From the IMG/VR virus record IMGVR_UViG_3300018891_000001, positions 124,001-188,000 of that record: a DNA stretch of 64,000 nucleotides; one strand, given 5' to 3'. This document shows positions 37,559-46,660 of this stretch, piece by piece. The notes below the pieces were generated by a model, which did no database searches, was not told where the DNA came from, and saw only the letters and a list, made by a program, of their open reading frames with translations. The position numbers and the translations under genes were made by a program. Within the stretch, counting starts at the first letter, position 1; each line of letters opens with the position of its first letter.

Positions 37559-38145
37559 TTTACTCCTTTATCCTTTTTGTATCCTTTTTGCATATCGTCC
37601 AATAATTTTTGGAGTTCTTTTCGTTCTTCCATTTCTTTTTCTGTTAAAATTTCCTGAATCTCTAATTCATTTAACAAGTCTATGTATTCTTTATACAATG
37701 GTATCAAGGTTTCCTTGCTTGGTTCCATTCCTTCTATATATTGAGATTCAGGAACGCTGTTTCTTTCTAACCAATCAGCCAATTTTTCCAGACTCCACTT
37801 TTTATTTGCAACCAATTTTGAAACAAAGTATAATTCCCAATCTGATATTACGACCACATATCCGTTAAATTCCAAAAAAGTGGCTGCAGTAATATATGCT
37901 GTACGTTTGTTTCCATCCACAAAGTACTGACTTGTGGCTAGAGTATGCATATATACTGCAGCTTTGGTAAATAAACCTGGATATGGTTCATACGTATGCC
38001 CACCAAAATCATAAGTTTGAAACGGTTTATATGCCAGACTATCAATAAGACCTGGTTCATACTCACCAGGCAACCCACCAAACTCTTGTAGAGCCATGTC
38101 ATGAAACATTCGAATATGTTTGGGCTCTAAAGATTCAATGTTCAA
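37555..38145 (-). CDS. doc: Doc/Fic-family toxin (His-to-Gln motif variant)
   Basis: EFGGLPG, LFTKAAVY, SQYFVDGNKRTA. Confidence 0.85.
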   Translation of the reverse strand: MNIESLEPKHIRMFHDMALQEFGGLPGEYEPGLIDSLAYKPFQTYDFGGHTYEPYPGLFTKAAVYMHTLATSQYFVDGNKRTAYITAATFLEFNGYVVVISDWELYFVSKLVANKKWSLEKLADWLERNSVPESQYIEGMEPSKETLIPLYKEYIDLLNELEIQEILTEKEMEERKELQKLLDDMQKGYKKDKGVK

Positions 38146-38285
38146 TTTTTACTCAACCTCTTTAACCCTTTGTAATTTCTGCGGATGACTTTGGCGGCAA
38201 TTTTTTGGAGTTTCGCATCCTTTTCATTGGATTTGCTAGTTCCTTTTTTCATTTCATCCTCCAATATTAAAACTTGTTGGAACAT
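38142..38285 (-). CDS. Putative antitoxin partner of Doc
   Basis: 47 aa, overlaps doc start by 4 nt; C-terminal KVIRRNYKGLKRLSKN resembles antitoxins found before doc genes. Confidence 0.6.
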   Translation of the reverse strand: MFQQVLILEDEMKKGTSKSNEKDAKLQKIAAKVIRRNYKGLKRLSKN

Positions 38286-38363
38286 ATATATTCCCCCTTT
38301 ATCCGCATTATTACTTATCATATTATATATTTTTTCTAAATTATACAAGCCTTTTCCTGCTTG

Positions 38364-38642
38364 TTAGGTGATATCACCAATGCCACCAAAGTAGCCCTTA
38401 TTATTGGCTTCCTCATCATTGTATTCAATCATAATTCGTTCGATTGTCTTTTCTGTTACTCCTTTAGCTCGAAGATCATCAAAGGATATACCTATTAAAT
38501 TGTAATGCTCTAGAATACCATCTGGGCCAACAAGCTCATAGTCTCCATCTAAAAGCTTATTGATGGCTTCATCGACCGAATCAGCCTCTACTTCTGCTGA
38601 ATCATATGAAATATAATATTTAGTGATGTAATATTTCCCCAT
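38364..38642 (-). CDS. Hypothetical acidic protein
   Basis: RBS aaggagg. Confidence 0.65.
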   Translation of the reverse strand: MGKYYITKYYISYDSAEVEADSVDEAINKLLDGDYELVGPDGILEHYNLIGISFDDLRAKGVTEKTIERIMIEYNDEEANNKGYFGGIGDIT

Positions 38643-38655
38643 AGTTAATCCTCCT

Positions 38656-38925
38656 TTATGGTTTTAAGTAATTAGCAATATATTGACAGGCTTCCTGAAA
38701 TTCTTTTTCTGTTTCAAATGCAGCAAATGCATGAATCTCGCCGCTTTCATGATAATACACACAATATGGCTTATCTTTAGGATTCAGCTCTAAAACAATA
38801 TTGCCATATAAATGATAAGCTGATTTCGTTGTTGTACATTCTGTAAGCCACAAGTCCTCTTTCGGACAACCATATTTCAAAAGCGTTTCCACTTTTCTTT
38901 CTTCAAACTCATGAATGGCAAGCAT
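38656..38925 (-). CDS. Hypothetical protein
   Basis: RBS aaggag. Confidence 0.6.
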   Translation of the reverse strand: MLAIHEFEERKVETLLKYGCPKEDLWLTECTTTKSAYHLYGNIVLELNPKDKPYCVYYHESGEIHAFAAFETEKEFQEACQYIANYLKP

Positions 38926-39955
38926 CCAAATTCACTCCTTTATGTTCGCTTGTTGTTTTTCTATACTTGTGTTCTAAATCCATCATCCAAGTATCTAGCC
39001 ATTGTTGAAATTCACCTTGATAAACTTGTTGAAGTTGTTCATATTCTTTCTGATACACCTCTTTTAAAGGTCTTCTTGTGTAATGGAAATAAGGAACACT
39101 TTTCATAGACTTATTGCCGGAACGCTGTGCTTTCCGGAGTTCTTCATCAAAATAGCAAGCTTTTAAAAACGACAAGGGTTCTTGTTCTATGATTTCTGTC
39201 CAACTCATTCCTTCTATATCACAATTAAACGGGCACAAGTAACATCGAGAACGTTTAGATGGCATGTTATGTGCCAATAAAAAATCAATACTTTCTTGTG
39301 TAGAAACATGTTGCTCCACTAATGGATAGGATAGATACATATATTTATATTGTGGAGATCGGTACGTACTAATCCGATGAATTTCATCATAACTAAATCC
39401 AATATCGATAATAAAAGCAATATGAGATGGCATTCTTTGATGAGGAGATAATCCGTGTTTTTCCATCACCAATCGTCTTGCTGTTTGTTTTACAGGAATG
39501 ATTTTAAAATCCACCGTACATTGTCTTGGCATTATGCCGGCTTTTTGTTCATGACCATATTCATCAATTCGATTAAAATACAAAGGCATTTGGAAACGCT
39601 GATAGTCGGTATGAATATACCGCATCAGCATTTCCTCTAATCCTTTTTCCATACTTTGATGGTGAGTAATAATAAAAGGAGTCGTGTTTTGATATTGAGT
39701 TTGTCGGCGTTTCCACCATTCAATTTGATCATGAATAAATTGAGGTTCTGCTCCAGTATCTGAGAAAATAATAAAATCATAGTGACGTTTTCCTTGCAAA
39801 TGTTCTTCTAATAGATGAGCGGATTGTGTGCCGCCTCCAAAAGAAAGAACATAATAAATATGCTCAATGCCTTTTTGATGTAACTCTTGTTCGATTTCTT
39901 GCTTTGTTTTAAAAACGCCATCTTTGTATTTCTTGTGTGTTCGAAAATCCTTCAC
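38909..39955 (-). CDS. PAPS-reductase/PP-loop (adenine nucleotide alpha hydrolase) family protein
   Basis: YVLSFGGGTQS, IIFSDTGAE, RQCTVDFKI, SRCYLCPF. Confidence 0.75.
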   Translation of the reverse strand: MKDFRTHKKYKDGVFKTKQEIEQELHQKGIEHIYYVLSFGGGTQSAHLLEEHLQGKRHYDFIIFSDTGAEPQFIHDQIEWWKRRQTQYQNTTPFIITHHQSMEKGLEEMLMRYIHTDYQRFQMPLYFNRIDEYGHEQKAGIMPRQCTVDFKIIPVKQTARRLVMEKHGLSPHQRMPSHIAFIIDIGFSYDEIHRISTYRSPQYKYMYLSYPLVEQHVSTQESIDFLLAHNMPSKRSRCYLCPFNCDIEGMSWTEIIEQEPLSFLKACYFDEELRKAQRSGNKSMKSVPYFHYTRRPLKEVYQKEYEQLQQVYQGEFQQWLDTWMMDLEHKYRKTTSEHKGVNLDACHS

Positions 39956-40257
39956 GCTTCTTCTCCTTTAGTATGGTGTTCTTGAGAATGATGCTCTTGT
40001 TTTAGAGCGTGAATCAATCCGGCCACAATCAATAAAGTCGCTACAACAGCAAATAATGTAGCCAATGTAAAATACGCCGCTGCATAGTTTGCATTGATAA
40101 TGTAGTTATAGGCATCGCCACCTACATACGCATTCACAGGGTCAGCGAAAGTATCTTCTGGGTTTTCATAATTATGAATCTTATCAAATCCAAAGAAGAT
40201 AAAAATCACGGAAACAACATACAACAATGCACTTGATACTTTAAAACGAATATCCAT
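39952..40257 (-). CDS. Membrane protein
   Basis: Two TM segments; NAYVGGDAYNYIINA. Confidence 0.7.
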   Translation of the reverse strand: MDIRFKVSSALLYVVSVIFIFFGFDKIHNYENPEDTFADPVNAYVGGDAYNYIINANYAAAYFTLATLFAVVATLLIVAGLIHALKQEHHSQEHHTKGEEA

Positions 40258-40275
40258 ATCAAAATCCCCTCTCCA

Positions 40276-40554
40276 TTAAGAATAAATAAAAGTTAATTGT
40301 CTTTCTTCAATTGAAGGTTCATACCCTTCTTGCTTCAAAACATCATATGCTTTTTCTACACGTTCAGTTACTACCGAGCGGCAATAGCCTCGCTGCAATA
40401 ATTCATAAAACAGTTCTTTGACGGATTGACCAAACTGATACTTATTGGACCATTGTTCCACTCGGTTAATACATGAATCCCATAATTGTGTATCTCCATT
40501 TAAAAAAGAAGGAGTTTGAAATTCCCAGCAAACCAGCGTCTTCACTATAATCAC
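40276..40554 (-). CDS. Hypothetical protein
   Basis: RBS gaggtg. Confidence 0.6.
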   Translation of the reverse strand: MIIVKTLVCWEFQTPSFLNGDTQLWDSCINRVEQWSNKYQFGQSVKELFYELLQRGYCRSVVTERVEKAYDVLKQEGYEPSIEERQLTFIYS

Positions 40555-40575
40555 CTCATTTATCTCACTTTTTGA

Positions 40576-40908
40576 TTAGAAATCAAACAAAGTCCCTTGA
40601 TAGTTTTCCATAATTATATTATGTTCACTAGTTTCTGCCTCTGCAGCGGATTCTTTAGGCTGAGAAATTTCTTTTAAATTGATTCGAAAGATACAATGAT
40701 CGTCTTTGAATTTTTTGTGTATACAATCTTCCGGCTGAATTTCTACTTGAATCGGATACATATGATGCACATAAAGCAACGGGTAATCAATATAAGTAAC
40801 CGTGGCATATCCGGTATAGTAATCGGAAGAAACATACACCACATCTCCCGTTTGGGGTATATTATAAGAATTCAATACTAACCGCTCCTTTAGAATTTGC
40901 AAACTCAA
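40576..40908 (-). CDS. Hypothetical protein
   Basis: Operonic ORF. Confidence 0.6.
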   Translation of the reverse strand: MSLQILKERLVLNSYNIPQTGDVVYVSSDYYTGYATVTYIDYPLLYVHHMYPIQVEIQPEDCIHKKFKDDHCIFRINLKEISQPKESAAEAETSEHNIIMENYQGTLFDF

Positions 40909-41116
40909 AAACAGACATCACGTTTTTAATATCGTCTGTTTCATCGGTAACAAATGCTAGGATCCGATGCAATTTCGGATCTTCTGCAAAAACCGGCTCA
41001 ACAAATACAAAATAAAACGAATGTTGCACATATACCGATAAATTATATTGTGTCGTATCTATATCCCGAAATAACGATACACTTCGAAACAAGTCATAGC
41101 TTTGTATAAGCTCCAT
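40862..41116 (-). CDS. Hypothetical protein (MELIQSYD...)
   Basis: RBS aggtgag. Confidence 0.6.
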   Translation of the reverse strand: MELIQSYDLFRSVSLFRDIDTTQYNLSVYVQHSFYFVFVEPVFAEDPKLHRILAFVTDETDDIKNVMSVFEFANSKGAVSIEFL

Positions 41117-41124
41117 AGACTCAC

Positions 41125-41280
41125 CTATTCTTCAATCTCCGCATAATCTTCAATGCTTCGATCATACCAAGTATGTTCAGAAGGATCCATCTCTTGTAAT
41201 TTGGCTTTTGCTTCTTCAAGATTAGAAGCTTCAATGACTTGTTCTGATACAGCTGTCAAAGAAAAAACATAAAGCGGCAT
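41125..41280 (-). CDS. Small hypothetical protein (51 aa, not in ORF track)
   Basis: RBS aaggaggg; V.A.NLEEAK motif. Confidence 0.55.
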   Translation of the reverse strand: MPLYVFSLTAVSEQVIEASNLEEAKAKLQEMDPSEHTWYDRSIEDYAEIEE

Positions 41281-41337
41281 GAATCTCCCTCCTTTATCGT
41301 CTTTTCACAAAATTCATGCATGATCTTGTGTGTATGA

Positions 41338-41484
41338 TTAATTCACTTCCCGCCATACAGGGGAATATCCATCATCCGCTAATGCTTGCATTTTCGTGTT
41401 TCTCTCTGCTTCGGTTTCTGCATAATCCACTTGTTCTTCTCCCATTTCGTTTAACCAAATGATTTTGTATTGGTATTCAGCCAT
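41338..41484 (-). CDS. Small hypothetical protein (48 aa, not in ORF track)
   Basis: RBS aggaggg. Confidence 0.55.
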   Translation of the reverse strand: MAEYQYKIIWLNEMGEEQVDYAETEAERNTKMQALADDGYSPVWREVN

Positions 41485-41534
41485 TGTTTGCCCTCCTAAC
41501 CATAGATAAATTTTTTATTTTTTATGAAAATCGT

Positions 41535-41936
41535 TTATAAAAAATCAGATTGACGCAAGCCATGATACCCCAATGGATTTCGTTCATAAGAGCGTCTGTC
41601 TTTGGCATGTTCGATAATTTCTTGAAACAAGTTTCGCCATTGTGAGGAAAACCAATTGACTCGATCATACAATAAGCTAAACAATGCTTCATGTACATCG
41701 GTTCGTGTTCCATATTCTTGTGCTAAAATATCATAGTATTCAACTTCTTCTTGCGTCATATAGACTGCATATAACGTGTCTACCACTTTTCTCATCGTAT
41801 CCATATCATCAATAGGATTCCATGGCTCTCCATGTTCATCAATATAACGGTCCAATTGATTGGATGCTTCTTCGTAGAACAATTCCTCAAACTGAGTTTG
41901 ATATGTGTTTGCCAATTGTTCTAATAGTGAAGTCAT
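41535..41936 (-). CDS. Hypothetical protein
   Basis: RBS ggagg before ATG 41936. Confidence 0.6.
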   Translation of the reverse strand: MTSLLEQLANTYQTQFEELFYEEASNQLDRYIDEHGEPWNPIDDMDTMRKVVDTLYAVYMTQEEVEYYDILAQEYGTRTDVHEALFSLLYDRVNWFSSQWRNLFQEIIEHAKDRRSYERNPLGYHGLRQSDFL

Positions 41937-42178
41937 GCTGTTGCATCCTCCAACCATTTTGAATAAATAACAGCGTCACCTTTCCAATATTGATACCCTC
42001 GACCAAAAGAGCGTTCTTGGATTACATCCAGATCATCTGGATATTCATAAGTTTTAAAATTTTTCTTTTCATGTTGCATATAGTAAGCAATTAAAGCCTG
42101 TTTCGGTTCTAATGTATATCGGGCCAATTCGTGAAATTCTCCATCTTCATCAAGCATCATAACCACAGAGACTGCCAT
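41933..42178 (-). CDS. Hypothetical protein
   Basis: RBS aaggagg. Confidence 0.65.
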   Translation of the reverse strand: MAVSVVMMLDEDGEFHELARYTLEPKQALIAYYMQHEKKNFKTYEYPDDLDVIQERSFGRGYQYWKGDAVIYSKWLEDATA

Positions 42179-42199
42179 TCTTTTTCCTCCTTATACTCG

Positions 42200-42229
42200 G
42201 TATAATTTTGTTTTACTTAGGGAAAAGTA
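42200..42229 (+). promoter_or_regulatory. Forespore sigmaF-like promoter
   Basis: GTATA-15-GGGAAAAGTA, matching GYATA-N15-GGnnAnAnTA. Confidence 0.65.
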
Positions 42230-42263
42230 AAACCAATCCTTATATATAAAGGTGGTGAAAGAA

Positions 42264-42449
42264 ATGTCACGCAATACAAATCAAATTCTCGTACCTACAG
42301 CTCAACAAGCATTAGAGCAAATGAAGTATGAAATTGCTCAAGAGTTTGGTGTTCAACTTGGAGCAGATGTCACTTCTCGCATCAATGGTTCTGTCGGCGG
42401 CGAAATCACTAAGCGTTTGGTGGCTTTAGCGCAAAGTCAATTGCGCTAA
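42264..42449 (+). CDS. ssp: Alpha/beta-type small acid-soluble spore protein
   Basis: [49 protein letters not shown]. Confidence 0.95.
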   Translation: MSRNTNQILVPTAQQALEQMKYEIAQEFGVQLGADVTSRINGSVGGEITKRLVALAQSQLR

Positions 42450-42455
42450 CATAGC

Positions 42456-42477
42456 AAAAGCCACTTAGGTGGCTTTT
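42456..42477 (+). terminator. Hairpin or terminator after ssp
   Basis: aaaagccac-ttag-gtggctttt. Confidence 0.7.
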
Positions 42478-42479
42478 GG

Positions 42480-42842
42480 ATGGTGATTCCATTCAACAAG
42501 AAAGCACATCTTACTATTGGAATTAGTATCGGAATATTGCTTGCATTGGTGTTCGAACATATTTTTCTTCATGATGTGTTTTACATCATCATAGGGTCTT
42601 TACTCCCTGATATTGATCATCCACGTTCAACATTTGGAAAATACAATCCATTTGTTCGTTTTATGAAACATCGTGGAAAATCACATACCATTGTAGGTAG
42701 CCTTCTCCTGTCTTTGCCTATGGTTATTATAGGGGTAGACCCTTTTGTTTTTACCTTTTTAGGATGTTTGATTCACATTTTGTCTGATAAATGCTACTCA
42801 TTTCTACCAGGAAAGCGCAAGTTTTCTATTCGATTTTGGTAG
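42480..42842 (+). CDS. YdjM-like membrane metal-dependent hydrolase
   Basis: GSLLPDIDHP, HRGKSHT, HILSD. Confidence 0.85.
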   Translation: MVIPFNKKAHLTIGISIGILLALVFEHIFLHDVFYIIIGSLLPDIDHPRSTFGKYNPFVRFMKHRGKSHTIVGSLLLSLPMVIIGVDPFVFTFLGCLIHILSDKCYSFLPGKRKFSIRFW

Positions 42843-42845
42843 AAG

Positions 42846-43010
42846 TTACTTATAGCAAATTTCCCGTAAATCTTTTAAAGCTTCAACCAATCCCGGCAGT
42901 TTCTTAGCGTTACTGTCATCAGGATGTTTCGTTAAGTAATTGATTTTAGCTTGCAAAAGAGCGTGCAATTCTTCAATTTGCGAACGCTCTTTGCTTGTGT
43001 TTATTTCCAT
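42846..43010 (-). CDS. Small hypothetical protein (54 aa, not in ORF track)
   Basis: Open frame directly following the 43013 stop. Confidence 0.5.
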   Translation of the reverse strand: MEINTSKERSQIEELHALLQAKINYLTKHPDDSNAKKLPGLVEALKDLREICYK

Positions 43011-43012
43011 TT

Positions 43013-43252
43013 TCAAACACTTTTCTTGATAATATCTTCGCTAAGAAACTTTAAGACTACAGGATTCTTCTGTTTTTTCAGCCATCGAATATAAGCGACA
43101 TTATCTGCTCCATAAGTCCCGCTTCGCTGACTAAATGGCACCTCTTGTTCAAATTGCTTCCACAAACGAAGATGTTCTTCCGGATATGCTGCTGCAAAAG
43201 TATTAGTAATAAAAATGGAACTTGCAATTGTATCAAGACTCATATTACGCAC
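43013..43252 (-). CDS. Hypothetical protein
   Basis: Overlapping operonic start. Confidence 0.6.
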   Translation of the reverse strand: MRNMSLDTIASSIFITNTFAAAYPEEHLRLWKQFEQEVPFSQRSGTYGADNVAYIRWLKKQKNPVVLKFLSEDIIKKSV

Positions 43253-43698
43253 TCCTCAAATAAATTCATTTGGTTTTGATCAGAAATTCCCCAATAGTTC
43301 ATAACAATCCCATCTTTTACGGCATATTCTTTCTCATCAACTACATATATACCGTCTGGAAATAAGACAAATTCGTCATCCATATTTCTAAATTGAATCA
43401 AATCTCCAATTGCGGCACCCTTTAACATAGAGAGGCCTATCTGCCCATCTTCAGTTTGCATAAGCTGACCTAATGGTGTTAATTTTCGAAACGAAGTGAC
43501 AACTGTTTTCTCCACAACGATTTCCAATTGAAACTGCATACGACAAGAAGGACATGCATACAGTTCTTCATCCGATAACTCATGGTCATATGATTCCCAT
43601 AACCGTTCTGCTAGTCGATCTTCTAATCCTACATAAAACGAATCTCCACAAGAGCAAAAAATATGACCATTAGAATATTGAATGCTCACAATCTTCAT
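43240..43698 (-). CDS. Hypothetical Zn-ribbon protein
   Basis: CSCG...CPSC; RBS aaggag. Confidence 0.65.
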   Translation of the reverse strand: MKIVSIQYSNGHIFCSCGDSFYVGLEDRLAERLWESYDHELSDEELYACPSCRMQFQLEIVVEKTVVTSFRKLTPLGQLMQTEDGQIGLSMLKGAAIGDLIQFRNMDDEFVLFPDGIYVVDEKEYAVKDGIVMNYWGISDQNQMNLFEECVI

Positions 43699-43738
43699 CT
43701 CCTTTTTTAAAGGGTGTGTAATGCATTACACACTTGGT

Positions 43739-45067
43739 TTATTCGACTTCTTGAAAATCGGATTCAAACGGATTAAACTCAAATTCTGGAATGCCTTGGA
43801 AATCTTCAATTTCCACTGGCGCATTATAATTAATTTGAACGCTTCGTACTGGAACATAAAGCTGCACACAATCTGGGTTTCCATTATTTAGTAAGCCTTT
43901 AAATGGTTGAATACCTGACGGTTTATTTGGCGCAGACGGCAAAAACTCAAAACGAATATAATCGTCATTGTTGTAGCGAGAAAGAGCTTCTTGTAAATAA
44001 CGAACATTGACCGCTACAATCACATCAGCCCCTTTTCCTTCCGTAGTAGAAATATCTTGCTGGAATGAACCAACTTCTTGTTCACGAGTATTGACTCGCA
44101 TTTGATTAAGTTCTGGTTTGATACGAATAATAATCGGCTCATCCGTATTATAAACCGTAGAGTTATTGAGCAATTCCTTAAATGAACCAGCATGAATTAC
44201 TACTGAACTTGCAGATTGTGATGAGTCAAAAATCAAACGATCTGTATCTGGATAATTTCCTTCTAATAATCGAGCATATAATGTAACATCTTCAAACTCA
44301 TAAACCACTTGAGTTGGATAAAAGTGAAGAATGACTTCTACTTCAGTTGCATCTAAGTGTTTTTTCACTTCTTGTAATACCGCTGCTGGCACAGTCATTT
44401 CCACATTTGTATGTTCTTCATCCAATTCGTAAACGTACTGACTTAATCGATGAGAGTCAGTGGCAACACATTTAATAACACTGCCAGAAATCTTATGAAA
44501 GACTCCTGTTAAAATCGGGCGTGTTTCTTTAGTGGATACCGCATAAACCGTATGATCATAAATACGACTTAATACATCTGGATGAATAGAAACAGAAGTA
44601 ATCTTTTCACCTAAATCCGGTGTACGTGGAAATTCATGTCCATCTAATCCGTGTAAATCAAAAGTTGGGCGACCCGATTTGATAACAGCCACTTTATCAT
44701 GAATACGTATCTCAGTATTTTTGTGATTCAGTTTCTTGACAATTTGAATAAATTTATCGCCCGGAAAACAAATGGAACCCGGCTTTCCTTCTGTAATTTT
44801 AAAATTCGTTCCTTCTTTATTTTGAGTTGCTACAGCTTCTGTTAAGTAATCGTTATTAATGCCACGGAAAATCAAACGATCTTCTTGAATTTCCATGTAA
44901 ATGAATTTATAAATTTCCTGTACGGCCTTTTTCGCTACAGAACGTTCTACTTTGCTTACCAGTTTCTTGAGCAAATCTGTTTGAATTGCTAATGCCACAT
45001 GAGTTTTTAATTCCTCTTCAATTTCTTGATCAATTTTTTCTACATCAATACCTTGTAATTCTAACAT
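43739..45067 (-). CDS. dnaN: DNA polymerase III beta sliding clamp with N-terminal extension
   Basis: AVSTKETRPILTGV, VATDSHRLS, RLLEGNYPD, VNVRYLQEAL. Confidence 0.9.
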   Translation of the reverse strand: MLELQGIDVEKIDQEIEEELKTHVALAIQTDLLKKLVSKVERSVAKKAVQEIYKFIYMEIQEDRLIFRGINNDYLTEAVATQNKEGTNFKITEGKPGSICFPGDKFIQIVKKLNHKNTEIRIHDKVAVIKSGRPTFDLHGLDGHEFPRTPDLGEKITSVSIHPDVLSRIYDHTVYAVSTKETRPILTGVFHKISGSVIKCVATDSHRLSQYVYELDEEHTNVEMTVPAAVLQEVKKHLDATEVEVILHFYPTQVVYEFEDVTLYARLLEGNYPDTDRLIFDSSQSASSVVIHAGSFKELLNNSTVYNTDEPIIIRIKPELNQMRVNTREQEVGSFQQDISTTEGKGADVIVAVNVRYLQEALSRYNNDDYIRFEFLPSAPNKPSGIQPFKGLLNNGNPDCVQLYVPVRSVQINYNAPVEIEDFQGIPEFEFNPFESDFQEVE

Positions 45068-45173
45068 TCTAGTATCCTCCCTTTATATGTTTCTTTTTTT
45101 CACCCAATAACCCGGAGGGTTTGTAATACATTACAATAATAACAGAATAAACATGATCTTACAACATCTGATG

Positions 45174-45455
45174 CTATTTGCAAGAGATTTCTTGCTGTTT
45201 TCTCTTGCGTTCTTCTAACCACTCTTTTGCGCTTTGTAATCCTCGGAAATGACATCCTCTTTTTGTCCATTCGTATATATACTCATGGGAAGTAATGTCA
45301 TAAAGGAGAATCAAATTGTAACTGCAGTATAATGCTAAAATGTCATGTCCTTCACAATTCGTAGTAATAATCCCCTTCCATTTTTTACTCGGAAGGGGAA
45401 GTTTACCTTCAAAAGCTCGAGTTAAACATTCATAAATTTGCTTCATAATAGCCAT
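45174..45455 (-). CDS. Hypothetical phage protein
   Basis: ORF with RBS. Confidence 0.6.
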   Translation of the reverse strand: MAIMKQIYECLTRAFEGKLPLPSKKWKGIITTNCEGHDILALYCSYNLILLYDITSHEYIYEWTKRGCHFRGLQSAKEWLEERKRKQQEISCK

Positions 45456-45501
45456 CTCACACCCTTCATGATTTTCATATTTACGGTTTTAATGTATATT
45501 C

Positions 45502-45810
45502 CTATTCCCATGAATCTAAATCATCATCATCGTGTTGGATGGAGTGTGGCTTAGTTTGTTGTATGTAGAGATATAAATCGAATAATTCTTCTGCTTCTGG
45601 TTCAGGTTTCTCCAACAACTGTTTTTTATGCTTTAAAAATTCCCGCAAAGGAACAAAAGGATACACTTTTAAATCTGTGTCTACATCACCTTCGGTTCCT
45701 TCTGGGGTGGAATATGTGTAACAACCTGTTTCAAATAAAAGATAGTAAATACCATTGGGGAGTTCTTCGATTTGATCAAGATCATCACAAAGAACTACTT
45801 CCCGAAACAC
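45502..45810 (-). CDS. Hypothetical acidic protein
   Basis: GTG start with RBS gagg. Confidence 0.55.
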   Translation of the reverse strand: MFREVVLCDDLDQIEELPNGIYYLLFETGCYTYSTPEGTEGDVDTDLKVYPFVPLREFLKHKKQLLEKPEPEAEELFDLYLYIQQTKPHSIQHDDDDLDSWE

Positions 45811-45824
45811 TTCCTCAGCATAAT

Positions 45825-46394
45825 TTATATCCCTCCCGTAAGCTCTTGAATCCGGCTAGTTGCATAATAATAAAGAGAACGAGCTTCATCAATATCTTTA
45901 GCCAACCACAATTTTTCTTCCATTTCTTCTTTTAGCTGTTTTAGTTCATTTTTTATCTCATCAATATTTAAAATTCGGGATTTAATGTATTCATCAGCCG
46001 GTGAACCTTCAGATATTCTCTGATATTGAAAAATTCGGGATTTAATGTATTCATCAGCCGGTGAACCTTCAGATATTCTCTGATATTGAAAAGTATCTTC
46101 ACAGCCTCTAAAGAGTTTAGAAATAGCGATTTTATGAGGTTCTTTTTGATTTTCAAGATGTCTGATTTGTTTTTCTAATTCCCTGATTTGTTGGTCAATA
46201 TCTTTAATGGCATTAAAATGAGGCTGCAAATTATTTTGAACAATAAACTCTTGTTTGAGCTCTTCCTTTCGCTGTGCTAATACATCTCGTCGGTCATAGA
46301 GAATATCATTGATTTTACCCTCAATCATATCAATCAGTTTCTCAATACGTTTTGCATCTAATCCTCGGTCATGACGAATAATTTGTGTAGTCAT
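45825..46394 (-). CDS. Hypothetical coiled-coil protein with a 20-aa internal duplication
   Basis: FQYQRISEGSPADEYIKSRI twice. Confidence 0.7.
   Translation of the reverse strand: MTTQIIRHDRGLDAKRIEKLIDMIEGKINDILYDRRDVLAQRKEELKQEFIVQNNLQPHFNAIKDIDQQIRELEKQIRHLENQKEPHKIAISKLFRGCEDTFQYQRISEGSPADEYIKSRIFQYQRISEGSPADEYIKSRILNIDEIKNELKQLKEEMEEKLWLAKDIDEARSLYYYATSRIQELTGGI
45970..46092. repeat. Perfect 60-bp tandem duplication
   Basis: 45970-46029 is identical to 46030-46089. Confidence 0.95.
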
Positions 46395-46396
46395 GA

Positions 46397-46642
46397 TTAT
46401 CCCTCCCAATGTCCATGACGTTTTAATATTTCAATGACTTCATTGATATAAGGCTCATCCATGTTAATTACAATATAGCTATTCAGTTTTTTTCCTTCTT
46501 CTATGCGACCTTTGTTGATTTCCTCGCATAAATCACGTAAATACATCTTCTGTGTTTCCCAACCGTATTTCTCTACATCTTCTGTTTTTAATACAATGTA
46601 TTTTGGGTGTTGTTTGATTTCTTGAATGGTTGAATCAATCAT
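46397..46642 (-). CDS. Hypothetical phage protein
   Basis: KYIVLKTEDV...YIVINMDEPY...V.EILK. Confidence 0.65.
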   Translation of the reverse strand: MIDSTIQEIKQHPKYIVLKTEDVEKYGWETQKMYLRDLCEEINKGRIEEGKKLNSYIVINMDEPYINEVIEILKRHGHWEG

Positions 46643-46660
46643 ACTTTCCTTCCTTTCGAA

